NCBI RefSeq assembly: GCF_006345805.1
Contig: NC_043018.1
Coordinates: 27,156,001 to 27,220,000, forward strand
Source of the DNA: Octopus sinensis
Lineage: Eukaryota
Direction of reading: 5' to 3'
Length of the DNA: 64,000 nt
The stretch's first letter is position 1. The number at the start of each line of letters is the position of its first letter. This document shows, in pieces, positions 1 to 11,955 of this stretch. The notes beneath the pieces are model-generated. The model made no database searches. It saw nothing but the letters and a program-made list of their open reading frames with translations, and was not told the origin of the DNA. The translations under genes and the position numbers were made by a program.

Positions 1-187
1 TGTCAAGGTACAGCATATTTATATAATATTGTTACTTCATGAGAAACATACTTTCAGAGTAAGCAGCTGTTATTGCTGTTTAGCCCTAGGCCAGCTCTAG
101 TTGAGCAGTCTCAGACTGAAATGTATTTAAGCTGTGATCATTCTATCAGTTTTCTATTTTGTTTTTGGTAATGTATGTTGTATCCCA

Positions 188-678
188 AAGAGGCGTGGCA
201 GTGTGGTAAGAAGCTTGCTTCCCAACCACATGGTTCCAGGTTCAGTCCCACTGCGTGGCACCTTGGGAAAGTGTCTTCTGCTATAGCCTCGGGCTGACCG
301 AAGCCTTGTGGGTGGATTTAGTCAATGGAAACTGAGAGAAACCTGTCATATATATATAAAAATTTTAAAAAAACCCACCTTTTATCAATTCGACATTGAA
401 AAATTTAATTATACTATATAGAAAAGAATTCCATCCTTAGAAAAAATTAAATATAAGATAAAAATATATACCAATGATTAAGTAATGTATGAAATAATAG
501 ATAAAACATATATATACCAAATATATACGTTTTATTTATTATTTATTATTTATTATTTGAGTATTTCTTTACTATTAGTATTTTAGAATTTATTTTATTA
601 TTTATTATTTAGTATTTCCAAATTGAATTCTTCCCTGTAATTTTGGAATTATATTCCCTAATATGTGTGTGTGTGTGT

Positions 679-719
<41 letters not shown>

Positions 720-1060
720 ATATATGTGTGTGTATATATATGTGTGTGTATATATATGTGTGTATATATGTGTATGTATATTTATATGTGTATATATATA
801 TATATATATTTATATATGTGTATATATATGTATACATCTATGTGTGTGTGTCTTTGTGCCTGTGTTTGTTTCCCATCACTGCTTGACAACTGGTGTTGGT
901 GTGTTTACACCCCCCATAACTTAGTGGTTCAGCATAAGAGTCTGATAGAATAAGTACTAGGCTTGGATAAATAAGTTCTCGGGTAACCCTTCAAGTTGGT
1001 GCTCCAGCATGGCTGCAGTCTAACAACTGAAACCAGTAAAAGTTAAAAGATTCAAGATAT
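188..1060 (+). mobile_element. SINE family A (tRNA head, CCTTGGGCAAGT CORE-like segment, internal TA/TG microsatellite), with AT-rich insert
   Basis: A box TGGCxGTGTGG, B box GGTTCAGTCCC; shared body across more than 20 copies. Confidence 0.75.
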
Positions 1061-1231
1061 GTGTATGCACATTTAAAAAAAAAATAAGGTAGATCTTGAC
1101 TGAAATTCAGCTGTTATTTCTAGCATGCTGAAGAACCATGTAGATTCCACCCTCTTCTTTATCCCTTGTAGAATGAACTAAAGGATGTAAGCTTTTAAGT
1201 TTTGAGGTCTTGTCGAGATCTTATATTACTT

Positions 1232-1545
1232 GTGTTCAGAAGCTTGCTTTCCTGGCCTCCATGCCGGTGGCACGTAAAAAGCACCATCCAATCGTGGCCG
1301 TTTGCCAGCCTCCTCTGGCACGTAAAAAGCACCATCCAATCGTGGCCGTTTGCCAGCCTCGTCTGGCACGTAAAAAGCACCCACTACACTCTCGGAGTGG
1401 TTTGGCGTTAGGAATGGCATCCAGCCGTAGAAACATTGCCAAATCAGACTGGGCCTGGTGCAGCCTTCTGACTTCCCAGACCCCTGCTGAACCGTCCAAC
1501 CCATGCTAGCATGGAAAGCAGACGCTAAACAATGATGATGATTCT
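1232..1545 (+). mobile_element. Family B: non-autonomous element with internal approx. 45-bp VNTR and RTE-like 3' tail ending in (GAT)n
   Basis: Units ggcacgtaaaaagcaccatccaatcgtggccgtttgccagcc; tail ttggcgttaggaagggcatccagccgtagaaac..aaacgatgatgat. Other copies near 5180, 10590(-), 12640, 14075(-), 20545, 22126, 26850, 31890(-), 33950, 37140, 38530, 39005, 47320, 47780(-), 51945. Confidence 0.8.
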
Positions 1546-2596
1546 GGGTTCAGTCCCACTGTGTGGCACCTTGGAAATGTATTTTCTACTAAAAGCCTCG
1601 GGTCGACCAAAGCCTTATGAGTGGATTTGGTAGATGGAAACGTATATATATGATGATGATGATGATGATGTGATGATGATGATGATGATGATTACAAACA
1701 AGGTTTTTTTTTTTTCATAGAGACCATTATGTCACTGATGATGTTTTAAGAGACAAGTTTTTCTTTTTCTTTCTTTAGCTTTTCGCAAAGAGCCCATCAC
1801 ATGTCACCCTACAAAATGCCCCTGTCAAAACCTCTGTGTCAATGATGTCAGTGTGATTGTTGACACAGGCATTATAGGTTCCATCATCATTTCCTTAACT
1901 CCATCCGGGCTGATGTGACATCTCTATAACGACAGAAACCATGACATCACATTTCAATTTTGTTGTTTACTTTTTAAATTTCTGTTATTTTCTTTTCCGT
2001 TCCTCCCCACCCAGACCGTTTCCCAATCATGTGTATTTGCATCACATGTGTCTGTCAGAGTGCAGCTGCAACTAGTACGCATTCCATACATCAGCTGATG
2101 TCTTTTTATGTTTCTCCCATCCCCCTGTCTCTCACTACCTTCCCTCCACCCACTCACTGGTAGTTTTGTTTTCTTTCTTTGCAAGTCAGCGAACTGCTCA
2201 AACAGCAGAAAGCGGTAACCTTTTCCACAGATGTTGCTATGGTGGAGGTGCACCGAATGCCCTTAGCACTAAATGCTTCTCCAAATCAGCAGCTCTTCTC
2301 CAAACCAGCAGATCCATCATGAAAGGCATTTGATCATGACCATCCCACCTGAATGTTCTATGTTTGGCTATCTTTTATTTTTTCTCTCGTCCTTGTTACA
2401 GTCATTTGACAGTGGCCATGCTGGGGCACCACCAAAAAGGGTTTTAGTTGAACAGTTTGACCCCATGACTTATTTTTCTTTTTTAAGCCTAGTACTTATT
2501 ATCTCAGTCTCTTTTTGTTGATCTACTAAGTTACTAAGAACATAAACAATGGAAACTGAAAGAAGCCCATTATATATATATATATATATATATGTG

Positions 2597-2847
2597 TATA
2601 TAATCAAAATAAGCAACAAGGATATCCAAGTTATAGTAGTACAATTGTTTCATGCTACTTCATTTTATTAAACACTGTAAGTATTACATCAGTTTTAAAA
2701 TGTCGAGCAATCTTCAGTCACTTATAGAATTTTCCAATTAAACGGACAAAGCACCCATTTGATTTATATGGATAATACCAAACAAAATTCTGGTGCCTTT
2801 AACTTAAGTACCATATTCATCTGAATCTAAATTTTGCTGAACTTATA

Positions 2848-2850
<3 letters not shown>
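2597..2850 (-). mobile_element. Short (TA)n-inserted element with degenerate hammerhead motifs
   Basis: Flanked by TA tracts inside a SINE. Minus strand has CUAUAAGUGA-CUGAAGA...AAAA-CUGAUGUA-AUACUUACAG (2675-2727) and GAA-ACAAUUGU-A (2640-2651). Terminal 24 nt are identical to 60099-60122. Confidence 0.55.
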
Positions 2851-2891
<41 letters not shown>

Positions 2892-3582
2892 GTGTGTGTC
2901 TTTGTGTCTGTTTTTTCCCCTACATCATCATCATTTAACGTCCATTGTCAATGCTGGCAACCAGTGTTGGTGTGTTTACATCCTTGTAACTTAGCAGTTT
3001 GGCGAAAGTGATTGATGGAATAAGTATCAGACTTAAAAAGATAAGACCTGGGGGTTGATTATTCAACTAAAAATTCTTCAAGGTGACAGCATAGTAATAT
3101 TGGTGGGAACAAGGTTGATTTTGTTGAGGCTTTCTCTCCCATTGCTTAATTTCTTCCTTTTGTCTTCTGGTGGCCTCAGATTTTGGTTCCAATGGTGATG
3201 GGATACTGCCACTTAGTATGGTCTCGGGGCTTGTGGTTCATATGATTTAGGCTCAAGTCCAGTGACTTCCAGTATTGTTTTGAGTTGGTCCTTGTATCTT
3301 TGAAGATCAGTGTTTCTCAACCATCTTTTTGCCCTCAGCCCTTTCTTGATCTCCATCCCCCTGCAAAAGAACATGCACCTTACCATCTATGTTCTATGCC
3401 CCTCTTTAATTTGAGAAACCTTGATCTGGAGCATCTTGTCAACATCCCATTACAGACTGTCTGACACTCTGGTGGCAAAAATAAAACCATCACCCATAAG
3501 GTCATGCTTTTTGAAAAAAAAACCCCTACTATTCATATACATCATGGTGACGGAAACCACTGCCCATCAAGCACAGCATGGA

Positions 3583-3884
3583 GTGGAGGCACATGGCCTA
3601 GTGGTTAGAGCAGTGGACTCACGGTCGAGGGATTGCGGGTTCGAATCGCATACCGGGCGATGTGTGTGTTTATGAGCGAAACACCTAAGCTCCACGCGGC
3701 TCCGGCAGAAGGTAATAGCGAACTTCTGCTGCTCTTTTGCCACAACTTTCTCTCACTCTTTCCTCCTGCATCTTGCAGCTCACCTGCGGTGGACCGGCGT
3801 CCCATCCAGGTGGGGAGCCTATAGGTCAAGAAACCGGGAAACCGGCCCTTATGAGCCAGGCATGGCTCGAGAAGGAATAAACAA
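3583..3884 (+). mobile_element. SINE family D (tRNA-derived head), full length with 15-bp TSD
   Basis: TGGCCTAGTGG A box, GGTTCGAATC B box; TSD CAAGCACAGCATGGA at 3568-3582 and 3885-3899. Confidence 0.9.
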
Positions 3885-4219
3885 CAAGCACAGCATGGAA
3901 CTCCCTCAGGTGGGGACTGCCTCATAAGTTGTGACTTCTTTGTTCTATTACCGCTGTGAGTGATTTGAGGAAGATTTGACTGTCATTTCTAGCGAGCCAG
4001 TCCACTACATCGATGTTCTTTCATTCATTTCTCATAAACAACATATTAGTTAACTTACAGGTCTAGATACATTTCCTTTTCTCACTAAATTACTGCTTCC
4101 AGTAATTATCTAACTGAATTACTACTATAATGCATTGTAAAAATTTATCGTCCCACTTTTTAAAGGCAATCAGTATCTCATTATCTTTAAAGATTGGTTG
4201 CAGGAATACTTTGGTTTAG

Positions 4220-4264
<45 letters not shown>

Positions 4265-6339
4265 TAATTTTTTTTTTGTATTTATGTTTGAAGAAGAGAA
4301 GAGGGTAGGTAGGTAGAGGGGCAGGAAGAATGACCTAAAACAAGTCCTCCAAAGATTTTGCGTAGCACAAAATAGATCATGCATGACTGTCCATTAGTAG
4401 GTACCGATGGGCTGGAGTACTGGTGATGGGGGTGGCGACGGCGATGATGGTGGTGGTGGCAGTGGTGGTTGTGGTAGTTGATGGTGGTAGTGGGTGTGGT
4501 GTTTGTGTAGTAAGAAAAAATTGTAAACAAAACAAATTAGATTTGTGTGTTGTTTGAAACTAGATCAGCCATGCCCTACTTTGATTTTCAAAACAACTGT
4601 GCATCTCAACAACAACCACGACTATCAACACCACCACCATCATCATCATCTTGACAGTGTATTAGTATTGGGCTCTCTTCTTGCAAAGATAGTCTGCTTG
4701 GCCAAGTGGTTAAGGGGCTCTCCTTGCAGTCATGATATTCTAGGTTCGGTCCTACTGCCTGGCATCTTGTTTGAGTGTCTTTTACCACAGCCTTTGGTCA
4801 AAGCATGTCTTGTGAATGAAATCGAGCGGATGGAATCGGTAAGTGTATGCTTGTGTAATTGTGCTGGTGCCATGCAAAAAGTACTCATGCCAGTGTCATG
4901 TAAAAGTACTTATGCTGGTGGCACATTAAAAGCAGCCAGCACATTTGGCATTAGGAAGGGCTTCAACCCATGCCATCCACACATACATGCATGTTCTTTT
5001 CGGCCACCTCTGTCTGTCACGTGCACCTTCCTTGTTCTACTGGGGTAGCCAAGTATCTCCTCTATAGCAAAACAACTATCTGTCCATTTATCACACTCTA
5101 ACCTCTCACCTGGTACACAACTAATCCCCTTGGTTCTGCTCCCTCTCTCAACTGAGAGGTTTTTGCCTTGCAAATTACCTGGCAACTCCACTGGTGCTGG
5201 TGCCATTGCCATATAAAAAGCTCCTGTGCTGTGCCACATAAGAAGGACCCATTACATTCTGTAAAGTGGTTGGCATTAGGAAGGGCAACCAGCCACAGAA
5301 ACCATGCCAGAACAGATGACTGGATTCTGGTGCAGCTCTCCTGCTTGCTGGCTCCAGTGAAACCCTCTAACCCATGCCAGTATGGAAAATGGACATTAGA
5401 TGATGATGATGTATTTGTAGGATTCTTGACTGCTTACGTATTAATTCAGGTAACAGGTAGCTAAGTTTGATCAAATGACTGAAATGCTCGTTAGTGAAAC
5501 CTGTCAGAGAACGAGAGTAATTTACTTTGTTTACCTTTGCACTTTGTAAACATATGTCTCTAGTCGCTGTTTTCCCCCGCACTCCCAGCCCCTTGCAAGT
5601 GGGTCGGGGTTAGGGTGGGTCATGCGGCTTTTTACTGTACTTTTGGGTTGATACCCATCTCCACCCTCTTCTGAGAGTCTTGTGAACGAGATTGGGAAGA
5701 AATACTTGAGCGGCGAGGAGGATAGCACAAGCTTGATGGTGATGGTGGTGGTGGGAGGAGATGATGAGGATGTTGGTGATGGTAGTGGTAATGATGATGA
5801 TGATGGTGGTGGTGATGATGATGATCATATCTACCCCCCCCCCCCCAAAAAAAAAAAACATTAGTTTTGGGCGCTTTGATTTTATTGAGAAGCATTTTAA
5901 TTTTTTCCGTCAAAGTAGAAAAATATATAAAAAAAAAAGAAGGGGGCAGTGCTCTCTTTCATGATTCTTACAGAGTTGGCGTATTATGTTTAACCCCAGG
6001 TCAGCCCTGATCATGTACCCATATCAGCACAATGTAATAATGAGACATAGTACTCCTGTTAAATCACCGTGATATTATGAACGCATCAAATAATCTTGAT
6101 ACTCTCTCTCTCTATGGTAGTTATTGATTTTTTTAAACAATTTATTACTTCGCACGCATTCATTGTACTTTGATAATTTGTACTTTTTTCCCTTTTTTCT
6201 TCATTTCCTTCATGGTAAAAACCTTGCATATTGTCTTCTACTCGTTCACTCTGTCTCTCCCCCACCCTCACTTCCCACCCTCTCTTGCTTCTCTTGCTAT
6301 TTCACTTTCTCTACATGCATTCCTTTTCCTAAGCTGCTC

Positions 6340-6730
6340 TTTCACCCTGCCTCTCTCTCAGTCTCTCTTTCTCAGTCTCTCTCTCTCTTTCCCTCTCTCA
6401 GTCTCTCTTTCTCAGTCTCTCTCTCTCTCTCTCAGTCTCGCTCTGTATCTCTATCTCAGTTTCTCTCTCTCTCAATCTCTCTCTCACTCTCTCAGTCTCT
6501 CTCAATCTCTCTCTCACTCAGTCTCTCTCACTCTCAGTCTCTCTCGCTCTCAGTCTCTCTATCTCAGTTTCTCTCTCTCTTTCAATCTCTCTCTCAGTCT
6601 CTCTCTCAATCTCTCTCTCTCAATCTCTCCCTCTCAGTCTCTCTCTCTCAGTCTCTCTCTCTCAATCTCTGTCTCAGTCTCTCTCTCATTCTCTCTCCAT
6701 CTCTCAGTCTCTCTCTCAGTCACTCTCCAT
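6340..6730. repeat. Compound (CT)n / CTCTCAGT array
   Basis: Approx. 15 TCAGT(C/T) interruptions in a CT tract. Confidence 0.9.
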
Positions 6731-7020
6731 TCTTTCCACTCTTACTCTTTCAATCTCTTCCTCTTCCCTCTCCCCAGTCTTCCATCTCTCTCACTCTGTC
6801 TTTATGCCTTTCTCCTCTCCCACCTCTTCTACTGCTTCACAATGTGCTTTTGTTTTCCTTCTTTCATTTACTATTGTTTCATCATGTCTTTAATTTTTTC
6901 TCTCTCTCTTTCCCTAATGTCCTCTCACTCTTCTCCTGTACTCTATCCCTTTCTGTGTTGAGTGCTTCGTTTGTGGTTTTGTTACTAATTTGTTATTTCA
7001 AGTATATTCCTTGCTATTCC

Positions 7021-7090
7021 AGACTGCTCTCGGCTCTCTCTCTCTCTCTATTGATCAGTCACTCGACGTCGGAGAACTAAACAGACTTTC
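7021..7090 (+). promoter_or_regulatory. Candidate core promoter of the SLC7 gene
   Basis: (CT)n tract, then initiator-like TCAGTC (7055-7060) and palindrome CGACGTCG (7064-7071), followed by an A/AAC-rich leader; motif evidence only. Confidence 0.35.
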
Positions 7091-7482
7091 AGGCAGCTAA
7101 AAACCTACATTTTTACCTAATTAAAAAAAAAACAAACAAAAAAATTACAAAAGAAAACAACAACTAAAAGACAAAAAAAAACAAAAGCAAGCATACAAAA
7201 AAACAAAAACAAAAACAGGAGCAATTCCATATCTGTGAAAACCAACTGAAGAAACTAAAGACGAAAACAACAACGACAAACGTACAACAACAACAACAAC
7301 AACAAAAATGGTTGGAAAGAGACTTTGACAAAAGATCAACAACAACCACAACAATTGTACAAAGATAGCTTTGTATTATTTTTGTTGTGTGTGCATGTGT
7401 GTGTGTGTGTAGTTATTATTTAAACGTCCACCTGTGTCCATCTGGTGTTTAATCTACAAAGCCAAATACAGTCAAATACAAA

Positions 7483-7960
7483 ATGACGAAAGAAAAGTTT
7501 AAAATTCCGACCTCCGAGCCGGACGTCACAGACAGCAATGAAGACACTTCAGTGAATTTGAAACCCAAAATGAGTCTCCTCAACGGAGTAACAGTCATTG
7601 TAGGGAGTATCATTGGATCAGGCATTTTTGTCAGTCCCAAAGGAGTACTAATGGAGGCTGGCAGTGTTGGATCTTCTTTGATTATCTGGTCAGCGTGTGG
7701 CATCTTTTCCATGATTGGAGCTTACTGCTACGCTGAGCTTGGGACTCTCATAGTGCGGTCAGGCGCCGATTACGCCTACATTTTTGAAGCATTTGGTGAA
7801 TTTCCAGCATTCCTCCGTCTCTGGGTGGAGTGTATGATTGTTCGGCCTTGTTCTCAGGCCATTGTTGCTTTGACGTTTTCATATTATATAATCGAACCTT
7901 TGTTTCCTGACTGCGAGCAACCTGGTGTGGCAGTTCGTCTCCTTGCAATCATTTCTATAT
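7483..7960 (+). CDS. SLC7 coding exon 1 (MTKEKF...LLAIISI)
   Basis: ATG in AAAATG context; 478 nt; donor T|GTAAGT; phase 1. Confidence 0.95.
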
Positions 7961-10900
7961 GTAAGTAAATGAAAAAAACAAAAAGAGAGCTGGATTATAT
8001 TCCATTGTATTTGTACCAATGTTTTTGAATTATTTGATTCTTTTTTGTTTTATTTATTTCCCTATCTTTAGCACACTGTAGGTACATCATGTCACTGTAT
8101 GAGTTTTCTCCCCTGTTGTAACAGGGCGGTGGCAGGAGAAACAGTGGTTAAAAAGGTTTAAAAAATGAAATCAAAGTCTTTTGGTGTCATAAGGATTTAT
8201 AAACTTTCAAAAGAATGTGAAATAATTTCTTTTTTGGAACAGTGGCTCTTGAAGCACATAAAGTTCATGTCTATGGGAGACGTGGGTTTGAGTCCTACGG
8301 GGTAACATTTGACATTTTTTTTTTATACAAAAATGTTTTTCAACCTAATTTTTGCATGCTATTATTTATAGCTTTATGTACTTTGAGATCCATTGTTCCA
8401 AAAAAAGAATTATTTTTTGTTTTTTATTTCTGAAGTCGGTTGGCAAGATCTGTAAATTCTAGGCCTAAACATTTTGTAATTCTTTTTCAGAAGTATGTCA
8501 GTGTCATTCTGGCACTTGTTACTGTCTGTCCATTTCTAAAAGCCATCAACCACTTACTGCTCAGAGTCAAATAAATACATTAAATTTGAAAAATCTTTTT
8601 GAAAAAAGATGCAAAATCCACAGTAATACTTTAGTGGCCCCCTTGTAGGCTTAGGGCTCACTTTTTGCCAACTCTTGCCTTATAATTCATTAATCTTCAG
8701 TTTGCTTTTGATTTTTTTCCTACATTTATTTGTATGGTTATTTTATTAGCAAGGGTATTTCCATTTTTTTTCCTTTCTCTTCTTTTTTTCAGTACCTTGC
8801 AACCTTTTAAGGGCAGGAACAAACTTGTTTGTCATTTAAATTGAAACGACCATGCTGATGATTTCTAAACAGAATGAAATAGTGATATATATGAATACCT
8901 CTCACTAGAAGATTTAAGAACTCTGTAATAAGTAAACAAAAGAAGAAAAATTAAATGTGCATTCTATGCATATTTTTCCTTATAATTCCTTAATTTTAAA
9001 CGCAAATTTGTAATCCTGCCAAATATTATGAAGAAATAATTATCTCCTTCAAAGGTGATTGTTGTAAATACTTTGAGCTGACCAAAATTTTGTGAGTGGA
9101 TTTGATTGATGGAAACTGAAAGATTATGGTTTCAATTCCTAGACCAGGTGGTGGATTGTTTTTGAACAAAGCATTTCATCTCGCGTTGCTCTACGATCAC
9201 TTTGACTCCTGATAAGTGATACACCATACACCTGTTCAGGCAACATCAGTTTGATGAAAGGAATGAGCTAATGTACAGCAGTGGAGGCACGTGGCTTAGT
9301 GGTTAGGGTGTCAGCATCATGATCGTAAGATTGTGGTTTCGATTCCTGGACCGGGCGACGCGTTGTGTTCTTGAGCAAAATACTTCATTTCACGTTGCTC
9401 CAGTCCACTCAGCTGGCAAAAATGAATAACGCTGCGATGGACTGGCGTCCTGTCCAGCTGGGGAACACATATGCCATAGAAACCAGGAAACCGGACCTAT
9501 GAGCCTGGCTAGGCTTTAAAAGGGCGCATTTATTTTTATTTAATGTACACCATGGACCTTTAATTACTATAAACAAATCATTTGTGCAGGTCATTCGGCA
9601 AAAGCTGAACATACACATGTCTATTTCAACAGGAGAGTCCATCATATATACGCGTGTGTGTGTGTCTGTGTGTGTGTCTGTGTGTGTGTGTGTGTCTGTG
9701 TCTGTGTCCACCACCACCACTTGACAGCCAGTGTTTGTGTGTTTATGTCTCTGTAACTTAGCAGTTCAGTAAAAGAGATTGATAGAGTAAGTACCAGGTT
9801 TAAAAGAATGTAAGGTGGTGATCCCGTATGGCTGCTGTCCAATGACTGAAACCAGTAAAATATGAGAAAATCAGATCTGTTGTTTTTTCTTTTGTACCTT
9901 CCTCTATTGCTTGTCAATGGGGTCATGCAGAGAGAACCATGGTTACCCATTTTTAGCTGTAATTAAGTCATATGTAGCTAATTTGAATAGACAGGTTGTG
10001 TAACTCACTAACGAACATTGACAGATTTGGTTTCAAATTTTGTTAGGAATTGGCTTTAAGCATTGGCATGACTGTGTGGTTAAGACACTTGGTTTGTAAA
10101 CATATAGTTGTGTTCAATCCCATTACCTTCCACCTTGAGCAAGTGTGTTCTACTATGGCCTCAGGCTGACCAATGCCTTGTAAATGAATTTGGTTGATGG
10201 AAACTGTGTGGAAGCCTGTCATGTATGTATGTGTAGCTTTGTGTCCCCCCCCCCTCCGCCCACCAGTGCTTGACAAACAGTATGAGTTTGTTTACGTCCT
10301 TGTAACTTGGCAGTTCAGCAAACGAGACTGATAGAATAGGTATTAGACTTGAAAAAATAGCTACTGGCACTGATTTTTTTTTTTGACTAATTCCTTTATT
10401 GCAGTGCTCCAGCATGGCCACAGACCAGTGACTGAAACATGTAAAAAAGACAAGCAAAAGAACAATGTGCTAGCATGCTCGTTAACAATGAATTTAGGGT
10501 CCCATAATTAGTTCTTCATTAAGCTCCTGTATTCTACTTCTGCAACAATAATGGTGGAATTTAAGTGAAAGTGCAGATTCAAACCACATTATTATCATCA
10601 TTTAAAGTCTGTTTTTCATGCTGGAATGGGTTGGACAGTTTGACAGGAGGTGGTAAGCCAGAAGACTGCGCCAGGCTTCTCAGTTTTGGCAAAATTTTTA
10701 CAGCTGGATGCCCTTCCTAATGCCTAGCGCCTTACAGAGTGGACTGAGTGTTTTTTGCATGGTACCAGCACTAGTGAGGTCTGTTTTGGCATGGTTTTTA
10801 TAGCTGGATGTCCTTCCTAATGCCAACTACTTGACAGAGTGGCCTGGATGGTTTTTACATGGCACCTCCACCGGTAAGGTCTGCTTTGGCATGGTTTTTT

Positions 10901-11754
10901 ACAGCTGGATGCTTTTCAAAATGCCAACCACTTTACATTGTGGAGTGGATGCTTTTTATGTGTTTATGCTTTTTTGCCCTTAACTGTAGAAAGCAGTTTC
11001 ATATAACAATAATTTCTTTTTTGTTGTTGTTGAATGTTATGTTTGAAACTATTTTGTCGAGTTTATTGAGGCAACACGACTTGTAGCTCCCCACCAGAGC
11101 CTATGCCAAACCAGGCTGGAGTCTGGTGCAGCTCCTCAGCTTACCAGCCCTGGTCAAAGCATCCAACCCATAAACAATACACATTAAATGATGATGATGA
11201 TGAGAGCAGACAGTGATGCTTGGCATAGTCTTTTGACTTGCCAGCATAGAAATGATGACATTAAATGATGACGACGATGATGATGATGATGATGATGATA
11301 ACAATTTAACATCATTGCAGGAATAGCTGTGAAATTTGATTATGTCCTAAAATGGTTAACACAACCACCTGGGGCCCCATTGAGTACCAAGAGCAGAATC
11401 CACTCAGCTGCAAGTTTTTTCCGCCAGGTGTCCATTCTGAGAATAACTTCTCCCTTTCCTTTTATCAGTCACAGAGGCCTCAAGAACTTCAAGGCATCTG
11501 CCAAAGTGATAATACATTAAAAAGACCAAAATTTTGCACATTCTGAAATTGTAAATCAATATTTTATGTGAAAATTATTTTCATTCTTTTTCTTTATGTT
11601 TTTACTTTGTGTTTATATATATTTTTTATTTCTTTTGTTTTTAGCATGGCTTGGGGTAGAACAGAGATGCAATTTTATAATAATTACATTTCTTTTTTAA
11701 CTCGTAAAAATTGTTGGTTCTGTTTTTTTATCTTTTTTCAGTTTCTTATATATG

Positions 11755-11824
<70 letters not shown>

Positions 11825-11842
11825 TATATATATATATTATAT

Positions 11843-11923
<81 letters not shown>

Positions 11924-11924
11924 A

Positions 11925-11955
<31 letters not shown>

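Noticed and set aside
1260-1380. CRISPR-like array from the approx. 45-bp repeats of family B
   Set aside because: Units are contiguous with no unique spacers, eukaryotic context, no cas genes
3583-3660. tRNA genes at SINE heads
   Set aside because: A and B boxes are present but no complete cloverleaf or acceptor stem; each runs into a SINE body
6124-7080. 318-aa and 263-aa Ser/Leu ORFs
   Set aside because: Product of the CT array, which lacks stop codons by composition
7245-7275. Hammerhead in the 5' leader (CTGAAGA..GAAA)
   Set aside because: No stem II pairing; chance match in A-rich sequence
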